DNA of 64,000 nt, from the NCBI GenBank assembly GCA_021811365.1, contig JAJZPB010000002.1, positions 8,162-72,161 on the forward strand. The letters run 5' to 3'. Below the pieces are notes generated by a model, which was not told where the DNA came from, did no database searches, and worked only from the letters and a program-made list of their open reading frames with translations. The position numbers and the translations under genes were made by a program. Positions 63,139 to 64,000 of this stretch are shown here, piece by piece. Position 1 is the first letter of the stretch; each line of letters begins with the position of its first letter. Source of the stretch: a bacterium. Lineage in GTDB: Bacteria; Patescibacteriota; Minisyncoccia; Phycocordibacterales; Phycocordibacteraceae.

Positions 63139-63857
63139 CCACGGACGTACGCTTTACCATTCTCTCAATGCCTGCAGACATAGCACAAGCACGCTCTATG
63201 GTGAGCCGCGTATATGCCGAATCCGGCTATCATCCTGACCAAGAGGAGCACGCTATTCCGCGCACCCTTGACCGCGCAGACACTATTACCTTGGGAGCAT
63301 TCCACGGCGATACGCTTGTTGGAACGATTTCTCTCGTGATCGACGGCCCACAGGGTCTTCCTATGGACTGCATTTATAGTGAGGAACTTACGCCCTTGCG
63401 CGCATCACAGTTACGTATAGCCGAGGTGGGACAGTTTGCTATTGACTCTGAAACCTACCGCGCGAGCACCGGCAGAGCAGTGCCCCGATTCCTTGCGCTT
63501 GCATTCTTTGGCGCTGCACTGTCCGGAGCAATCGCGCATGAGTGCGCGTACATATGCGTTGCGGTGAATCCGAAGCATGCTCGATTTTATCGATTGCTCG
63601 GGTTCCGTAAAATTGGTGAGGAAAAACGCTACGGAGCAGTAAGTGCCCCCGCAATCGCACTGGTCTTCCGCACGGAAGACTGGCAGCGCCAAAGCACGTT
63701 GCTAGGACTACTTGGGCGAGAAGTGGAGAAGCACCTGCTTCCGCAGGAGTTCTTTTTCTCCGCAACTACGCGCCCCTCTCAGACACTCAGTACCGCACGT
63801 GTTGAACTGGCTACAACGCAGGATACTGCAGCCAGGCTTCCTCAAACCGCGCCGTAA
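63135..63857 (+). CDS. GNAT-fold N-acyltransferase resembling acyl-ACP-dependent N-acyl amino acid synthases (OlsB/FeeM-like)
   Basis: RIAEVGQFAI resembles the E-x-[SG]-R/Q-[FL]-A-V core of OlsB/LuxI-like acyl-ACP N-acyltransferases. The start codon overlaps the ACP stop. Family call is by motif recollection only. Confidence 0.55.
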   Translation: MTTDVRFTILSMPADIAQARSMVSRVYAESGYHPDQEEHAIPRTLDRADTITLGAFHGDTLVGTISLVIDGPQGLPMDCIYSEELTPLRASQLRIAEVGQFAIDSETYRASTGRAVPRFLALAFFGAALSGAIAHECAYICVAVNPKHARFYRLLGFRKIGEEKRYGAVSAPAIALVFRTEDWQRQSTLLGLLGREVEKHLLPQEFFFSATTRPSQTLSTARVELATTQDTAARLPQTAP

Positions 63858-63865
63858 CTAGGACA

Positions 63866-64000
63866 AAGTCTTCGCGATTAGTCGCGCGTGCCATCTGGCT
63901 CCCCACAGATTTCCCAGTTCGCCTACCCTTTCGGGAGGTACGCACGGTCCGCAGTAGGTGCGCGAACTGCACGATTTCATTTCAATGAACATCGTAATCA
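63866..64000. repeat. Non-coding repeat R, copy 3 (truncated by window end)
   Basis: tcgcgcgtgccatctggctccccacagatttcccagttcgcctaccctttcgggaggtacgcacggtccgcagtaggtgcgcgaactgcacgatttc matches the core of copies 1 and 2. Confidence 0.65.

Noticed and set aside
1-64000. CRISPR arrays
   Set aside because: No regularly spaced short direct repeats with unique spacers were seen. The repeats present are long (27-330 nt), irregularly spaced and bracket genes.

Overview
The window is GC-rich bacterial DNA. Its gene content hints at a small-genome Patescibacteria/CPR-like lineage: a CxxC-x17-CxxC zinc-ribbon protein, a TrbC/VirB2-like pilin, a short gamma-only dnaX, and a coiled-coil plus C39-like peptidase. 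Lineage cannot be proven from sequence alone.

Positions 1-26.4 kb are a dense housekeeping backbone. It carries dnaX, a tRNA-dihydrouridine synthase, an FtsQ-like gene, serS, dprA, topA, a Rel/SpoT-family enzyme, parB, pyrF, a peroxiredoxin, miaA and several transporters. It also carries three tRNAs: Gln-TTG, Leu-CAA and Trp-CCA.

From tRNA-Trp at 26.45 kb onwards the character changes completely. At least eight degenerate direct copies of the tRNA-Trp 3' end plus about 100 nt of its downstream flank recur between 26.5 and 53.5 kb. They cut the region into small cassette-like segments that look like serial site-specific integrations:
- a DgkA plus membrane protein pair;
- an ICMT-like methyltransferase plus CPBP protease pair;
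- a large defence-type segment with an HNH nuclease, a HigB / HigA-ImmA / beta-protein / sce7726-like module, a Type III restriction-modification system (res-mod), a large serine recombinase, an MgtA-like P-type ATPase and a ParB-methylase;
- several one-gene segments;
- a segmental duplication.

A second non-coding repeat of roughly 200-330 nt occurs three times (48.4, 53.1 and 63.9 kb). Copies 2 and 3 bracket a final block carrying a MacAB-like efflux pump, a tandem-nitroreductase (SagB-like) protein, a ThiF E1-like enzyme and an OlsB/OlsA-like aminolipid acylation set with its own ACP and PPTase.

No CRISPR array or rRNA was seen.
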